A stretch of DNA of 32,000 nt, taken from the NCBI GenBank assembly GCA_002421785.1, contig DIRZ01000002.1:360001-392000 (forward strand), given 5' to 3'. This document shows positions 1 through 9,029 of this stretch, piece by piece (position 1 is the stretch's first letter; each line of letters begins with the position of its first letter). The stretch comes from Candidatus Saccharimonadota bacterium (GTDB lineage: Bacteria > Patescibacteriota > Saccharimonadia > Saccharimonadales > Saccharimonadaceae). The notes beneath the pieces were generated by a model that did no database searches, was not told the origin of the DNA, and saw only the letters and a program-made list of their open reading frames with translations. The translations under genes were made by a program, and so were the position numbers.

Positions 1-1
1 G

Positions 2-1597
2 AAGATTGTTAGCCTTTCGGTAGCAGGTGATTCGACGATTCCGGGCACCGTGTCTGGCGGTGCGGGTAGTGTGTTCAATACGTTTCGTAACGAAACAAGT
101 CGCTATTGGTTTGCCACACCGATTAACGTAAACTTTAATGCTGCTAGTCCTATCAACGCGAGCGGCAGGATCCATATCGTTATGCGCTACAAAAAGTTTT
201 CCGCCTATCATACAACGAATGAATATAGCGCAACCAAGGGGTGTCAGGCGAGTGGTCCATCATCCGTCACAAATGGATGGCTGAACGTCGATGACTGTGG
301 TATTCAGGAGGCGCACCTCTATATCCGCCTTGTGCTCGCCAGCGACTTTAACCTTTCGCCACAGATTAGCATTAGTGCGCCTCATATCTCGACTGTGGGT
401 GGAACCGAAAGGGTGAGTCCGTCAGTTGTTAACTCGGGGACGCTGGCAGCAGACCGTGATATCGAGTGGCGCGTCACGCGATTTGTGTTAGCGCCAAATA
501 GGAACTATGGTACCTCGCCTGGGTCAAACGTCCCTTGTACGTATTTTACGGGATATCAAGGCGCGACATGCCAAACCATTGCGACCGGGACACGGCGTTT
601 TGCGCGCGGGACTACCAGTCTTGCGGCATTTGATGATGCGATTGGCGCATATGCAATCGGCACCAAGATATGCTATGCCACGTCGGTTAACCCGTATAAG
701 TTTGACGTTAATGAATGGCGCCATAGTGTGCCACAATGCACCGTGGTGGGTAAGCAGCCTACAGCGCAACTATGGGGTAACGACCTACGAACAGGAAGCG
801 CCTTTACAGGCACTGGTAACTCTAACGCAAAGGCGGTAGGCGCGCTCATCGCTGCACCGACTGGCTACAAGGGGACGTGGGTGGAATATGGCGTATTGGC
901 TCCAAGGGCAGTAACGTTTTTGTCTTCCGGGTCTGGACTGGCCCGGTCGGGCGCACTGGCGGCACAGGCTGAATGGAGCAAACTGACGGCAGCAAACACT
1001 ACCGCGGTATACGGTAACTTTGTGCCGACAGCGGCGAGCCTTGGGCTTCAGCCTGATATCGCAGCGTATTTCTTGCAGCCGGGACTAAAAGGAATTACTG
1101 TCGACAACGCTCCCGGTAATCTTTCACTAGGGAATATGCTTAACGTAACAAAGGCCAATAGTCGTGTGTATGTACGCCTAACGGGAACGGTGACGATTAC
1201 GGACAATATCACGCTTGATGACGATACGAACCTTCAAGACAATAGTCTCTTTCCGCAAATCGTGATTATTGCAAATAATATTAATATCCATAGTAATGTC
1301 AGCCGCTTGGACGCATGGCTCATCGCTAAGGCAGACGCGGGGGGTGTAGGGGGTGTTATTAATACCTGCTCGAACCAGCCTGCGACACTGACAAGTGCCA
1401 TATGCGACACACCGCTCGTCGTGAATGGCCCTATGATTGCAAAACAGCTCTTACTGCGCCGAACGGCTGGTGATTTAGGCACGCCAGCAGAGATTGTAAA
1501 CTTGCGATCGGACGCCTACTTATGGGCGAACTACATCAGTTCACTCAATAGTAATTGGGTGACAACCAGTTCGTCCGAGCTACCACCTCGCTACTAG
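2..1597 (+). CDS. hypothetical large secreted/surface protein, C-terminal part (5' end outside window)
   Basis: Frame is open from the window edge (no stop between nt 2 and the GTG at 50). Stop TAG at 1595-1597. The visible 515+ aa are Gly/Thr/Asn/Ala-rich with no catalytic motif I recognise. Lies directly upstream of the pilM promoter. Confidence 0.6.
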   Translation, partial: KIVSLSVAGDSTIPGTVSGGAGSVFNTFRNETSRYWFATPINVNFNAASPINASGRIHIVMRYKKFSAYHTTNEYSATKGCQASGPSSVTNGWLNVDDCGIQEAHLYIRLVLASDFNLSPQISISAPHISTVGGTERVSPSVVNSGTLAADRDIEWRVTRFVLAPNRNYGTSPGSNVPCTYFTGYQGATCQTIATGTRRFARGTTSLAAFDDAIGAYAIGTKICYATSVNPYKFDVNEWRHSVPQCTVVGKQPTAQLWGNDLRTGSAFTGTGNSNAKAVGALIAAPTGYKGTWVEYGVLAPRAVTFLSSGSGLARSGALAAQAEWSKLTAANTTAVYGNFVPTAASLGLQPDIAAYFLQPGLKGITVDNAPGNLSLGNMLNVTKANSRVYVRLTGTVTITDNITLDDDTNLQDNSLFPQIVIIANNINIHSNVSRLDAWLIAKADAGGVGGVINTCSNQPATLTSAICDTPLVVNGPMIAKQLLLRRTAGDLGTPAEIVNLRSDAYLWANYISSLNSNWVTTSSSELPPRY

Positions 1598-1619
1598 ATA
1601 AGTTTCCCTGTAAAAGTAC

Positions 1620-1649
1620 TTGCATCAATCGATGCCGCTTATGTATACT
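1620..1649 (+). promoter_or_regulatory. putative sigma70-type promoter of the pilM operon
   Basis: TTGCAT (1620-1625), 18 nt spacer, TATACT (1644-1649). The ATG at 1660 is only 10 nt downstream, so the leader would be very short. Confidence 0.45.
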
Positions 1650-1659
1650 AGGAAGCAGC

Positions 1660-2706
1660 ATGAATATATTAAAAGGGATGGGCGACTTTTTTGCACTGGA
1701 TATCGGTACCAATGCAATTCGTGTCGTAGAACTTCGGAAAGCTGGCGGCGGCTGGTCTCTTGAGCACTACGGATACGCGCCGATTGATAGCCGGTTGACG
1801 AGTAGCGACTCCGAAGAAGCGCGACGTAAAGTGGCAGAGGTTATTATGACTGCCGTGGGGCAAAGTGGTATCAAAACCAAGAATGTTGTGATTGGACTAC
1901 CGTCCAGCAAAACCTTCACTACGGTCATCGACGTACCAATGTCAAGTGAAGCAGAGCTACGCTCTACCATGAAGTACCAAATCGACCAGTATATTCCTAT
2001 GTCTATCGACGAAGCAAAAGTCGATTGGGCACCGCTTGGAGCCTCGCTTATTGGCCAGAACCAGCAGGAAGTGCTTCTTTCTAGTGTTTCAAAGGCATAT
2101 AGCGAGGAGCGACTCGAGCTTGTTGAATCGCTAGGCCTTAACGTGATTGTTGCAGAGCCGGACCCCATCGCGATGGTACGCGCGCTGACGGTAGCTGGGA
2201 CCAAAGGCGCTGTTGTCCAACTTGATATGGGTGAGAACTCAACCGACATCGCTATTGTTTATGGTGATGCGCCACGATTGATTCGAACTATTCCAACGGG
2301 TGTCAGTTCACTGGTCAAAGCCACCGTCTCTAACCTTAATGTACAGGAAGACCAAGCGCGTCAGTTCATTTTGAAGTTTGGACTTGCTCCGGACCGCCTT
2401 GAAGGACAGGTGCTTCGCGCACTCGAAGCAACTCTGGATAACTTTGCTGCCGAAGTGACAAAGTCGATTAAATTTTTTGAGACTAGGTACCCGAGCGTCG
2501 CCATTGAGGGCGCATTAATCGCAGGCTTTGCAGCGGCAATCCCACAGTTCGACAACTACCTTGCAGGCAAGGTTGGTAAGCCGGTCCATGTTGCTAATCC
2601 ATGGCAGAACATTCAAATGTCAGAAAACGACCAAAAGCAGCTTGGTCCAGTTGCTACCGAGTTCGCGACCGTCATTGGACTCGCAAAGAGGAGCGCGGAA
2701 TCATGA
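1660..2706 (+). CDS. pilM: type IV pilus assembly protein PilM (actin-like ATPase fold)
   Basis: N-terminus MNILKGMGDFFALDIGTNAIRVVEL is typical of PilM. ATG at 1660 is chosen over the ORF-track 1555 start, which would overlap the upstream gene. Its stop overlaps the pilN start (ATGA at 2703-2706). Confidence 0.85.
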   Translation: MNILKGMGDFFALDIGTNAIRVVELRKAGGGWSLEHYGYAPIDSRLTSSDSEEARRKVAEVIMTAVGQSGIKTKNVVIGLPSSKTFTTVIDVPMSSEAELRSTMKYQIDQYIPMSIDEAKVDWAPLGASLIGQNQQEVLLSSVSKAYSEERLELVESLGLNVIVAEPDPIAMVRALTVAGTKGAVVQLDMGENSTDIAIVYGDAPRLIRTIPTGVSSLVKATVSNLNVQEDQARQFILKFGLAPDRLEGQVLRALEATLDNFAAEVTKSIKFFETRYPSVAIEGALIAGFAAAIPQFDNYLAGKVGKPVHVANPWQNIQMSENDQKQLGPVATEFATVIGLAKRSAES

Positions 2707-3428
2707 TCCAGATTAACCTCATTCCGGATGTCAAACAAGAGTTCATTCGCGCACAAAAAATGCGTAACGCTGTCATTACATTCGCTATTCTTATTTGCGG
2801 TGTTGCAATGGCACTCCTTGCGGTACTAGGGATTGTGTATGGCGGCCAGGCTGTAAGGGAATCGCTCGCCAGGACCGAAATCAATAAGCAGTACAAGGAG
2901 CTTCAGTCGGTCGAAAACATTGATGATGTATTGACAATCCAGAATCAGATGTCAAAGATTACCGCTATTCACGACAAAAAGACGATTAATTCTCGTTTAT
3001 TCGATGTTTTGACGGCAGTTAATCCGCCTGCACCAAATAACGTGAAGATTTCGACAGTGACGCTCGATCCCAAGACGAATCTCGTTGTTATTGAGGGGTC
3101 GGCAGAGAATGCGTTTGCCGCAACCGAAACCTTCCGGAAGACTATCCTTAACACTAGCATCGAGACAGTTGTCGATGGGCAAGCGTCGACGATGCCATTA
3201 GCCGATGAAGTAACAATCGGCGAAACAAGCTACGGCGAAAGCGCCGATGGTAGCAGGGTGCTTCGCTTTACCGTGCAGTTTGTTTATCCTGCAGGGCTGT
3301 TCGACAACACCCTTAAGGTATCTCGTATGATATCTCCTACAGCGCAGGTTGATGTGACCGACTCTCGTACGAGGGTGCCGGACAGCCTATTTAGTCAGCA
3401 ACCGGCAGATGTACAGGAGGGTAACTAG
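2703..3428 (+). CDS. pilN: type IV pilus assembly protein PilN-like (bitopic membrane protein)
   Basis: Starts MIQINLIPDVKQ (INLIP motif) followed by one TM helix. Translationally coupled to pilM. Confidence 0.75.
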   Translation: MIQINLIPDVKQEFIRAQKMRNAVITFAILICGVAMALLAVLGIVYGGQAVRESLARTEINKQYKELQSVENIDDVLTIQNQMSKITAIHDKKTINSRLFDVLTAVNPPAPNNVKISTVTLDPKTNLVVIEGSAENAFAATETFRKTILNTSIETVVDGQASTMPLADEVTIGETSYGESADGSRVLRFTVQFVYPAGLFDNTLKVSRMISPTAQVDVTDSRTRVPDSLFSQQPADVQEGN

Positions 3429-3429
3429 T

Positions 3430-4098
3430 ATGGCGACACCACAAGTTGGAATGAAAAAGCGTCAGGTCATCGCAAACTCAAACCGAACGATGTTTGTGTG
3501 GATAGCACTTGCTTCGGCTATCGTTGGCGTGTGCCTTGTCGTCGGCTACTTCATGGTTCAGCAAATTATGTTCCGTGGCCGCGTAGCGGCAAGGGCTGAA
3601 GAAACGGCAACCATCCTCCGCAAAAATAATGAATCTGCCAAATTACTTATCGAGAACGTCCGAGTACTCGGTACGGATAGCGCGCTGAATTCAATCAAGG
3701 CGCGGCCCGACGATAGGGCACTCCAGGTTGTACTTGATGCACTCCCCGCAGACCTTAACACGCTTGCACTTGGTTCATCCCTTCAGCAAAAGCTTATCGG
3801 CGAGACAGCGGGAGTAAAGATTGAAAGTTTGACACTCGAAGGAGCAAGCACCGAAGCAACGACAGGTGAAGCTACGGAGGGTCTTGGGACGATTCCATTC
3901 ATGCTGACGGCATCATCTGCCGATGCGAACGCGCTAAAGGATATGTTGCTGCGCCTGGAACGTTCGATTCGCACTGTCGATATCGATACCATGTCGCTCG
4001 AAAAAACGGACAACAAGTATACGCTCACTATGACCGCACACGCATATTACCAGCTGGGTAAAACAGTTCAACTAAAGGATAAGGTAGAGAAGCCATAA
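3430..4098 (+). CDS. PilO-like pilus assembly membrane protein
   Basis: ATG at 3430 preceded by CAGGAGGG. One N-terminal TM helix then a coiled-coil-like region. Sits at the position PilO occupies after pilN. The call rests on weak sequence-level recognition. Confidence 0.5.
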   Translation: MATPQVGMKKRQVIANSNRTMFVWIALASAIVGVCLVVGYFMVQQIMFRGRVAARAEETATILRKNNESAKLLIENVRVLGTDSALNSIKARPDDRALQVVLDALPADLNTLALGSSLQQKLIGETAGVKIESLTLEGASTEATTGEATEGLGTIPFMLTASSADANALKDMLLRLERSIRTVDIDTMSLEKTDNKYTLTMTAHAYYQLGKTVQLKDKVEKP

Positions 4099-4334
4099 TG
4101 AAAAAAAGTGATATCGCAATGATTATCCTCATCGCTAGCATCTGTGCTTTTATTGCCTTTATCGTTGCTGGTCAGTTGCCGTTCCTTAAGCCCGATAGTA
4201 AGGGCGTGAAGGTGCCAACCGCTGAAGCAATCAGCGCAACAGTCGATAAACCCGATCCAAAAGTATTTAACAAAGACGCGATAAACCCAACAGTTCAAAC
4301 CGTCATCGGTGGTGGGTCAGGCACTGCACAATAA
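4098..4334 (+). CDS. small single-pass membrane protein, pilus-locus associated
   Basis: 78 aa, MKKSDIAMIILIASICAFIAFIVAGQL gives an N-terminal TM helix. Its start overlaps the pilO-like stop (TAATG). Confidence 0.5.
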   Translation: MKKSDIAMIILIASICAFIAFIVAGQLPFLKPDSKGVKVPTAEAISATVDKPDPKVFNKDAINPTVQTVIGGGSGTAQ

Positions 4335-4343
4335 GGGGCTGTT

Positions 4344-6107
4344 ATGGCATTGATGACCGATGACATACAGCAGAAACTCGTGAAGCTCCTTCAAGATGAG
4401 GGGTTGGTGAGTGCCGATGTGTTAAAGGGCGCGGGTGAAGAATCCACGAAAAGCGGCAAACCACTCCTGACTATACTGACGGAACAGTCGATTATTGACA
4501 CCGAGCTTATGACGCACGCGATTGCGCAGGTGTCTGGAGTGCCTTACGTCAATCTCACGACTACTATCGTCGATCAATCGATTCTTTCGCTTCTTCCATC
4601 AGATATCGCTGAGCGATTTATGGCCGTGCCACTGGCAGAGGTACAAAATCGCCTGGCTGTGGCAATGATTGATGCCAACAATGTTCAAGCAGTCGATTAC
4701 CTTGCAAATCGCATACAGCGCCCCCTAAAGGTATTTATGGCATCTGAAGCAGGTGTTCGCCACGTACTCGACCAGTACAAGACTGACCTTTCAAGCGTTG
4801 ATGTTGCCGCGCAGGTTTCGCAAAACGAGGCCGCCGCTGAAGCGAGTGGCGACATAAAAACAATTGTTCAGGACTCGCCAATTAGCCGTGCATTGAGCAC
4901 TATTCTTGAATATGCAGTCAAGGCGCGTGCGAGCGATATTCACATTGAGCCTCTTGAAAAAGCGCTTAAAATACGATGTCGAATTGACGGCGTACTGCGA
5001 GAAGTGATGCAGCTGCCTAAGAGTATCGAACCCGCGCTCGTCAGTCGCATAAAGATTTTATCCAATCTGAAAATCGACGAACACCGCGTGCCGCAGGACG
5101 GACAGTTTGCAGTGAAAGTAGGCAACAAAGAAGTCGACCTCCGTATTGCTGTCAGTCCAGTGGTGTGGGGAGAGCAAGTGGTGATTCGTTTGCTTGATAA
5201 GACAGGGAATAGCTTTAATCTCGAAGAAATGGGCTATGCTGGACGGGCACTCCGCACGATCCAAAAAGGCATTAAACGCCCGAATGGTATGGTGCTGACA
5301 AGTGGACCGACTGGTAGCGGTAAGTCGACGAGTCTTTACGCGTTGATTAAAGAAATCAAGGATGACACAGTGAACATCGTGACACTTGAGGACCCGGTTG
5401 AGTACAAAATGGACGGCGTCAATCAGATTCAAGTAAATTCAGAAGTTGGGCTGACATTCGCTAATGGATTACGTTCGATTTTGCGCCAGGACCCTGATGT
5501 TGTGATGGTGGGGGAGATGCGCGATGCAGAAACAGCGAACCTTGGTGTGCAGGCCGCGCTAACGGGACACCTTGTCTTTAGCACGCTTCACACCAATAGT
5601 GCCGCCGGAGTGCTGCCGCGCTTGCTCGACATGGAAATCGAGCCGTTCTTGATTGCAAGTACGGTGAATACCATTATTGGTCAGCGCCTGGTGCGCAGGG
5701 TAGGGCCAAAGCGTGATGCCTACTGGTCTAGTCCGCTCGAGACGAAGAGCATTCTTGAAAATGTTGGGCATTTGCTCCCCAAGACCAAGGAAGATGTTGC
5801 GCGAGTTTCGGCCGATCTTGGCTATAAGGACTTGCCGCTTGCGAACCAAACCGCTTATACTCTAGTGAAGGGGCACGATACGCCAGCGACGCCACGGGGC
5901 TATAGCGGCCGTGCAGGCCTATACGAAGTGATGGACGTCACTGAAGAGATTCAGCAACTGATTGTGAAGCGTGCGATTAGTGCCGATATTCAACGCAAGG
6001 CAATTGAGCAGGGAATGATTACGATGCGACAGGACGGTTATCTGAAGGCACTTCAGGGGATAACGACGCTCGAAGAAGTAAATAGGGTAACGTCGGACAC
6101 GGCATAA
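4344..6107 (+). CDS. pilB: type IV pilus extension ATPase PilB (GspE family)
   Basis: Walker A GPTGSGKST, Asp/Walker B region LRQDPDVVMVGEMRD, His box GHLVFSTLHTNSAAG, and a long GspE-type N-terminal domain. Confidence 0.93.
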   Translation: MALMTDDIQQKLVKLLQDEGLVSADVLKGAGEESTKSGKPLLTILTEQSIIDTELMTHAIAQVSGVPYVNLTTTIVDQSILSLLPSDIAERFMAVPLAEVQNRLAVAMIDANNVQAVDYLANRIQRPLKVFMASEAGVRHVLDQYKTDLSSVDVAAQVSQNEAAAEASGDIKTIVQDSPISRALSTILEYAVKARASDIHIEPLEKALKIRCRIDGVLREVMQLPKSIEPALVSRIKILSNLKIDEHRVPQDGQFAVKVGNKEVDLRIAVSPVVWGEQVVIRLLDKTGNSFNLEEMGYAGRALRTIQKGIKRPNGMVLTSGPTGSGKSTSLYALIKEIKDDTVNIVTLEDPVEYKMDGVNQIQVNSEVGLTFANGLRSILRQDPDVVMVGEMRDAETANLGVQAALTGHLVFSTLHTNSAAGVLPRLLDMEIEPFLIASTVNTIIGQRLVRRVGPKRDAYWSSPLETKSILENVGHLLPKTKEDVARVSADLGYKDLPLANQTAYTLVKGHDTPATPRGYSGRAGLYEVMDVTEEIQQLIVKRAISADIQRKAIEQGMITMRQDGYLKALQGITTLEEVNRVTSDTA

Positions 6108-6124
6108 GGCAAAAAGGGGATACT

Positions 6125-7195
6125 ATGCAAAATCAAGAACTACGAATTGAAATTTTACTCGAAGAAGTCGTGAAGAAGCGCGCAAGCGACCTTCATCTTC
6201 AGGTCGGACTCCCGCCAATGCTTCGCGTCGATGGCGCGCTCATGCCAATTGCTGGGTTTAATCCCATGGATGAGCAGCAAGTGGAAAGCCTCATTTTTGC
6301 TATCCTTGACCAAGACCAGCAGCAGATTTTGATGAAAGACAAAGAATTCGACTTCAGCTTCGCCTTTGGCGTGTTGGGTCGCTTTCGTGTCAACGCGTTT
6401 CATGAGCGAGGCAACTTAGCTGCTGCGCTTCGCCTGATTCCTAACGAAATAAAATCAGTCACAGAACTAGGCATGCCACAGGTAGTGATGGGCTTTGCAG
6501 ACTATCCCCGAGGCCTCGTGCTGGTAACTGGACCGACTGGTAGTGGCAAGTCTACGACGTTGGCGGCACTCGTCGACAAAATTAATACCGAAAAAGCACA
6601 GCACATCATCACAATCGAGGACCCAATTGAGTTCACGCACAAATCTAAGAAATCAGTCGTTGTGCAGCGCGAAGTGCACTACGACACCTACTCATTCTCT
6701 GCGGCCCTTCGCTCCAGCCTGCGTCAGGACCCTGATGTCGTGCTGATTGGTGAGATGCGCGACCTTGAAACGATTAGCGCCGCGATTACGATTGCCGAAA
6801 CTGGCCACTTAGTATTTGCGACGCTCCACACCAACAGTGCAGCCCAGAGTATCGACCGTATGATCGACGTCTTCCCACCTCATCAGCAGCCACAAATCCG
6901 TTCTCAGCTCGCGAATATCCTTATGGCAATTTGTAGTCAACGCTTGGTACCGGCAATCGGTGGCGGGCGAGTCGTTGCCGCGGAGATATTAATCGCTAAC
7001 CCTGCAGTCCGTAACGTTATCCGTGAGGGTAAGAGCCATCAGCTGGATGCGATTATCCAGACTGGCGCCGATCAAGGAATGCAGACCATGGATCGAACCC
7101 TTGTGGGGCTTGTACAGAGTGGCACTATTACCTATGACAACGCGCGTGATTATGCTGTCGATTTGACTGAATTCGAGAGGCTAATGAGGGGGTAG
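6125..7195 (+). CDS. pilT: twitching motility / pilus retraction ATPase PilT
   Basis: 356 aa. GPTGSGKST, LRQDPDVVLIGEMRD, GHLVFATLHTNSAAQ, and the PilT-type signature PAVRNVIREGK. Confidence 0.93.
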   Translation: MQNQELRIEILLEEVVKKRASDLHLQVGLPPMLRVDGALMPIAGFNPMDEQQVESLIFAILDQDQQQILMKDKEFDFSFAFGVLGRFRVNAFHERGNLAAALRLIPNEIKSVTELGMPQVVMGFADYPRGLVLVTGPTGSGKSTTLAALVDKINTEKAQHIITIEDPIEFTHKSKKSVVVQREVHYDTYSFSAALRSSLRQDPDVVLIGEMRDLETISAAITIAETGHLVFATLHTNSAAQSIDRMIDVFPPHQQPQIRSQLANILMAICSQRLVPAIGGGRVVAAEILIANPAVRNVIREGKSHQLDAIIQTGADQGMQTMDRTLVGLVQSGTITYDNARDYAVDLTEFERLMRG

Positions 7196-7198
7196 CGC

Positions 7199-8407
7199 AT
7201 GAAAAAGTTTACCTATGAAGCGCGCGATAAAGCGAGTAGCCAGGTCGTCAAATCGATGGTGCAGGCTGATTCAGAGTCGGCTGCTGCTAGGGTATTGATT
7301 GAACAGGGACTGATGCCGCTCGGAATTAAGGAAATTGACGAGGATGGTTCGTTTTTTGCCAAGCTATCTGGCCGCATCACCACTAAAGATAAGATTCTAT
7401 TTCTTCGTCAGCTCTCAACACTGATTGGTGCGGGGTTGCCCCTGGCTCAGAGTATTCATACCGTGCTCGAACAGACACAGAACAAGCAGATGCAACGCGT
7501 TATCGAGGAAGTGATAGCGGATATCGAAGGCGGTCGAACGCTGTCCGATGCGTTTGGTAAGCATCCCCAGGTTTTTGACAAAATTGTGCTGGCGCTTGTG
7601 GCGGCGGGTGAGGCATCGGGAACGCTCGATGAGGCATTGAAGCGCGTCGCGACGCAAAAAGAAAAGGACGCGGCGATGATGGGCAAAATCAAGGGCGCTA
7701 TGGTGTATCCTGGAATTGTTCTGCTTGTTATTTTGGGAGTGATGACATTCATGCTCGTGGCAGTCGTGCCGCAGGTGGCAAAACTGTATGACGATATGCA
7801 TAAAGAACTGCCATTTTTGACAGCGATAATGATTGCGGTGGCGGATTTTATTATCCACTTCTGGTTTATCGCTATCGCGGTGATTGGCGTCATTATCTAC
7901 TTTGTGATGCAATACTTTAGGACTGATAGTGGTATTCATTTCAAAGATACTATGAAACTTAACATCCCGCTATTCAAGGGAATGTTCCGCAAACTGTACA
8001 TGGCGCGCTTCACGCGAACAGGGCAAACACTGCTGGCGACTGGCGTGGCAATGCTCGACATGCTCCGTATCAGTAGCGAGAGCACGAACAACGTCATCAT
8101 TAGTAAAAGCATCGATCGTGCAGCCGAAAAGGTGAAGGGCGGTAAAGCGCTGAGCCTGTCGCTTCAGCCCGAGGACTACATCTTGCCGATGGTGCCCCAG
8201 ATGATACGAATTGGTGAGCAATCGGGTAAGATCGATGAAATGATGGGCAAAACAGCGCAGGTGTTCGAGGATGAGCTTGACGAGGAGATTAAAGCAATCT
8301 CTACAGCGATTGAACCAGTGCTGATGGTTGTGCTCGCGGTGTTCGCCGGCGGGATGGTGGGGGCGATTTTGTTCCCAATCTACAGCCTGGTCGGGGGTAT
8401 TCAATAA
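7199..8407 (+). CDS. pilC: type IV pilus platform protein PilC (GspF family)
   Basis: 402 aa with a duplicated GspF-type domain and hydrophobic TM segments. Directly follows pilT. Confidence 0.92.
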   Translation: MKKFTYEARDKASSQVVKSMVQADSESAAARVLIEQGLMPLGIKEIDEDGSFFAKLSGRITTKDKILFLRQLSTLIGAGLPLAQSIHTVLEQTQNKQMQRVIEEVIADIEGGRTLSDAFGKHPQVFDKIVLALVAAGEASGTLDEALKRVATQKEKDAAMMGKIKGAMVYPGIVLLVILGVMTFMLVAVVPQVAKLYDDMHKELPFLTAIMIAVADFIIHFWFIAIAVIGVIIYFVMQYFRTDSGIHFKDTMKLNIPLFKGMFRKLYMARFTRTGQTLLATGVAMLDMLRISSESTNNVIISKSIDRAAEKVKGGKALSLSLQPEDYILPMVPQMIRIGEQSGKIDEMMGKTAQVFEDELDEEIKAISTAIEPVLMVVLAVFAGGMVGAILFPIYSLVGGIQ

Positions 8408-8494
8408 TAAATTAGGCTAGACAGTAGCCAAGCTTATGCAGTATGATGTTATGTAGCAAACAGCTCAGCTATTAAGGAAGGTGGAATTTCGTCA

Positions 8495-8965
8495 ATGAGC
8501 AAACAAGAACTAAAGCAAAAAGGATTTACAATCATCGAGGTTGTATTGGTGCTGGCAATTGCAGCCCTTATTTTCCTCATGGTCTTTATCGCATTGCCTG
8601 CACTGCAGCGCAATCAGCGTGATCAAGCCCGCCGAACAGTTGTGGGTAAGGTCGCTTCAGCGGTAACGACATATCAGTCAAATCGTCGTAGCCAACAGCC
8701 AACGACTGGGGCATTGCTTGCACCATATGCCGATGGTGTTGCGTCAGGCACGAACGGTAGCCTTGAAAATGGATCATACACGCTCGTCGTGAGCGCATGG
8801 GCTGCGGGTGCCACTGTTGGTGCAGCTAACCAGTCGACCATTCAGGTTTATACGGGCGCAAAGTGTGACCCAACCGGTGCATTCTCCGTCGTAGGTACCG
8901 CCAAGCAAGCTGCTGTCTTGATTGGACTCGAAAACGGTAACGCTGTCGTTTGCCAAGAAGTCTAG
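8495..8965 (+). CDS. pilA: major type IV pilin (prepilin with class III signal peptide)
   Basis: MSKQELKQKG|FTIIEVVLVLAIAALIF: Gly at -1, Phe at +1, Glu at +5, hydrophobic alpha1 helix. Strong RBS AAGGAAGGTGG. Has its own terminator. Confidence 0.85.
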   Translation: MSKQELKQKGFTIIEVVLVLAIAALIFLMVFIALPALQRNQRDQARRTVVGKVASAVTTYQSNRRSQQPTTGALLAPYADGVASGTNGSLENGSYTLVVSAWAAGATVGAANQSTIQVYTGAKCDPTGAFSVVGTAKQAAVLIGLENGNAVVCQEV

Positions 8966-8985
8966 TACACGAACAAGCAAAGTAT

Positions 8986-9014
8986 AAAAGGTTGCGCACA
9001 AGCGTAACCTTTTT
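8986..9014 (+). terminator. intrinsic terminator after the pilin gene
   Basis: 12-bp stem AAAAGGTTGCGC / GCGTAACCTTTT (one G-U pair), loop ACAA, with a T-rich 3' arm. Confidence 0.7.
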
Positions 9015-9022
9015 GCTATACT
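9014..9022 (+). promoter_or_regulatory. extended -10 element (TGcTATACT) for the pilD / minor-pilin operon
   Basis: TG-n-TATACT ends at 9022 and ATG begins at 9030, exactly 7 nt later. No SD in between. Confidence 0.5.
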
Positions 9023-9029
9023 GGTGCAT

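Noticed and set aside
1555-1659. ORF-track N-terminal extensions: pilM from 1555, pilN from 2601, pilO-like from 3409, thrS from TTG 21384, rpmB from 26572, uppP from 14183, miaA from GTG 24122
   Set aside because: Each extension overlaps the upstream gene, a promoter or a terminator. Each also adds non-conserved residues ahead of a well-placed ATG that has an SD, translational coupling or the leaderless geometry.
7415-8404. Three antisense ORFs (144-174 aa, His/Arg/Asn-rich) opposite pilC
   Set aside because: pilC on the + strand is unambiguous. The antisense frames are low-complexity mirror products with no start context.
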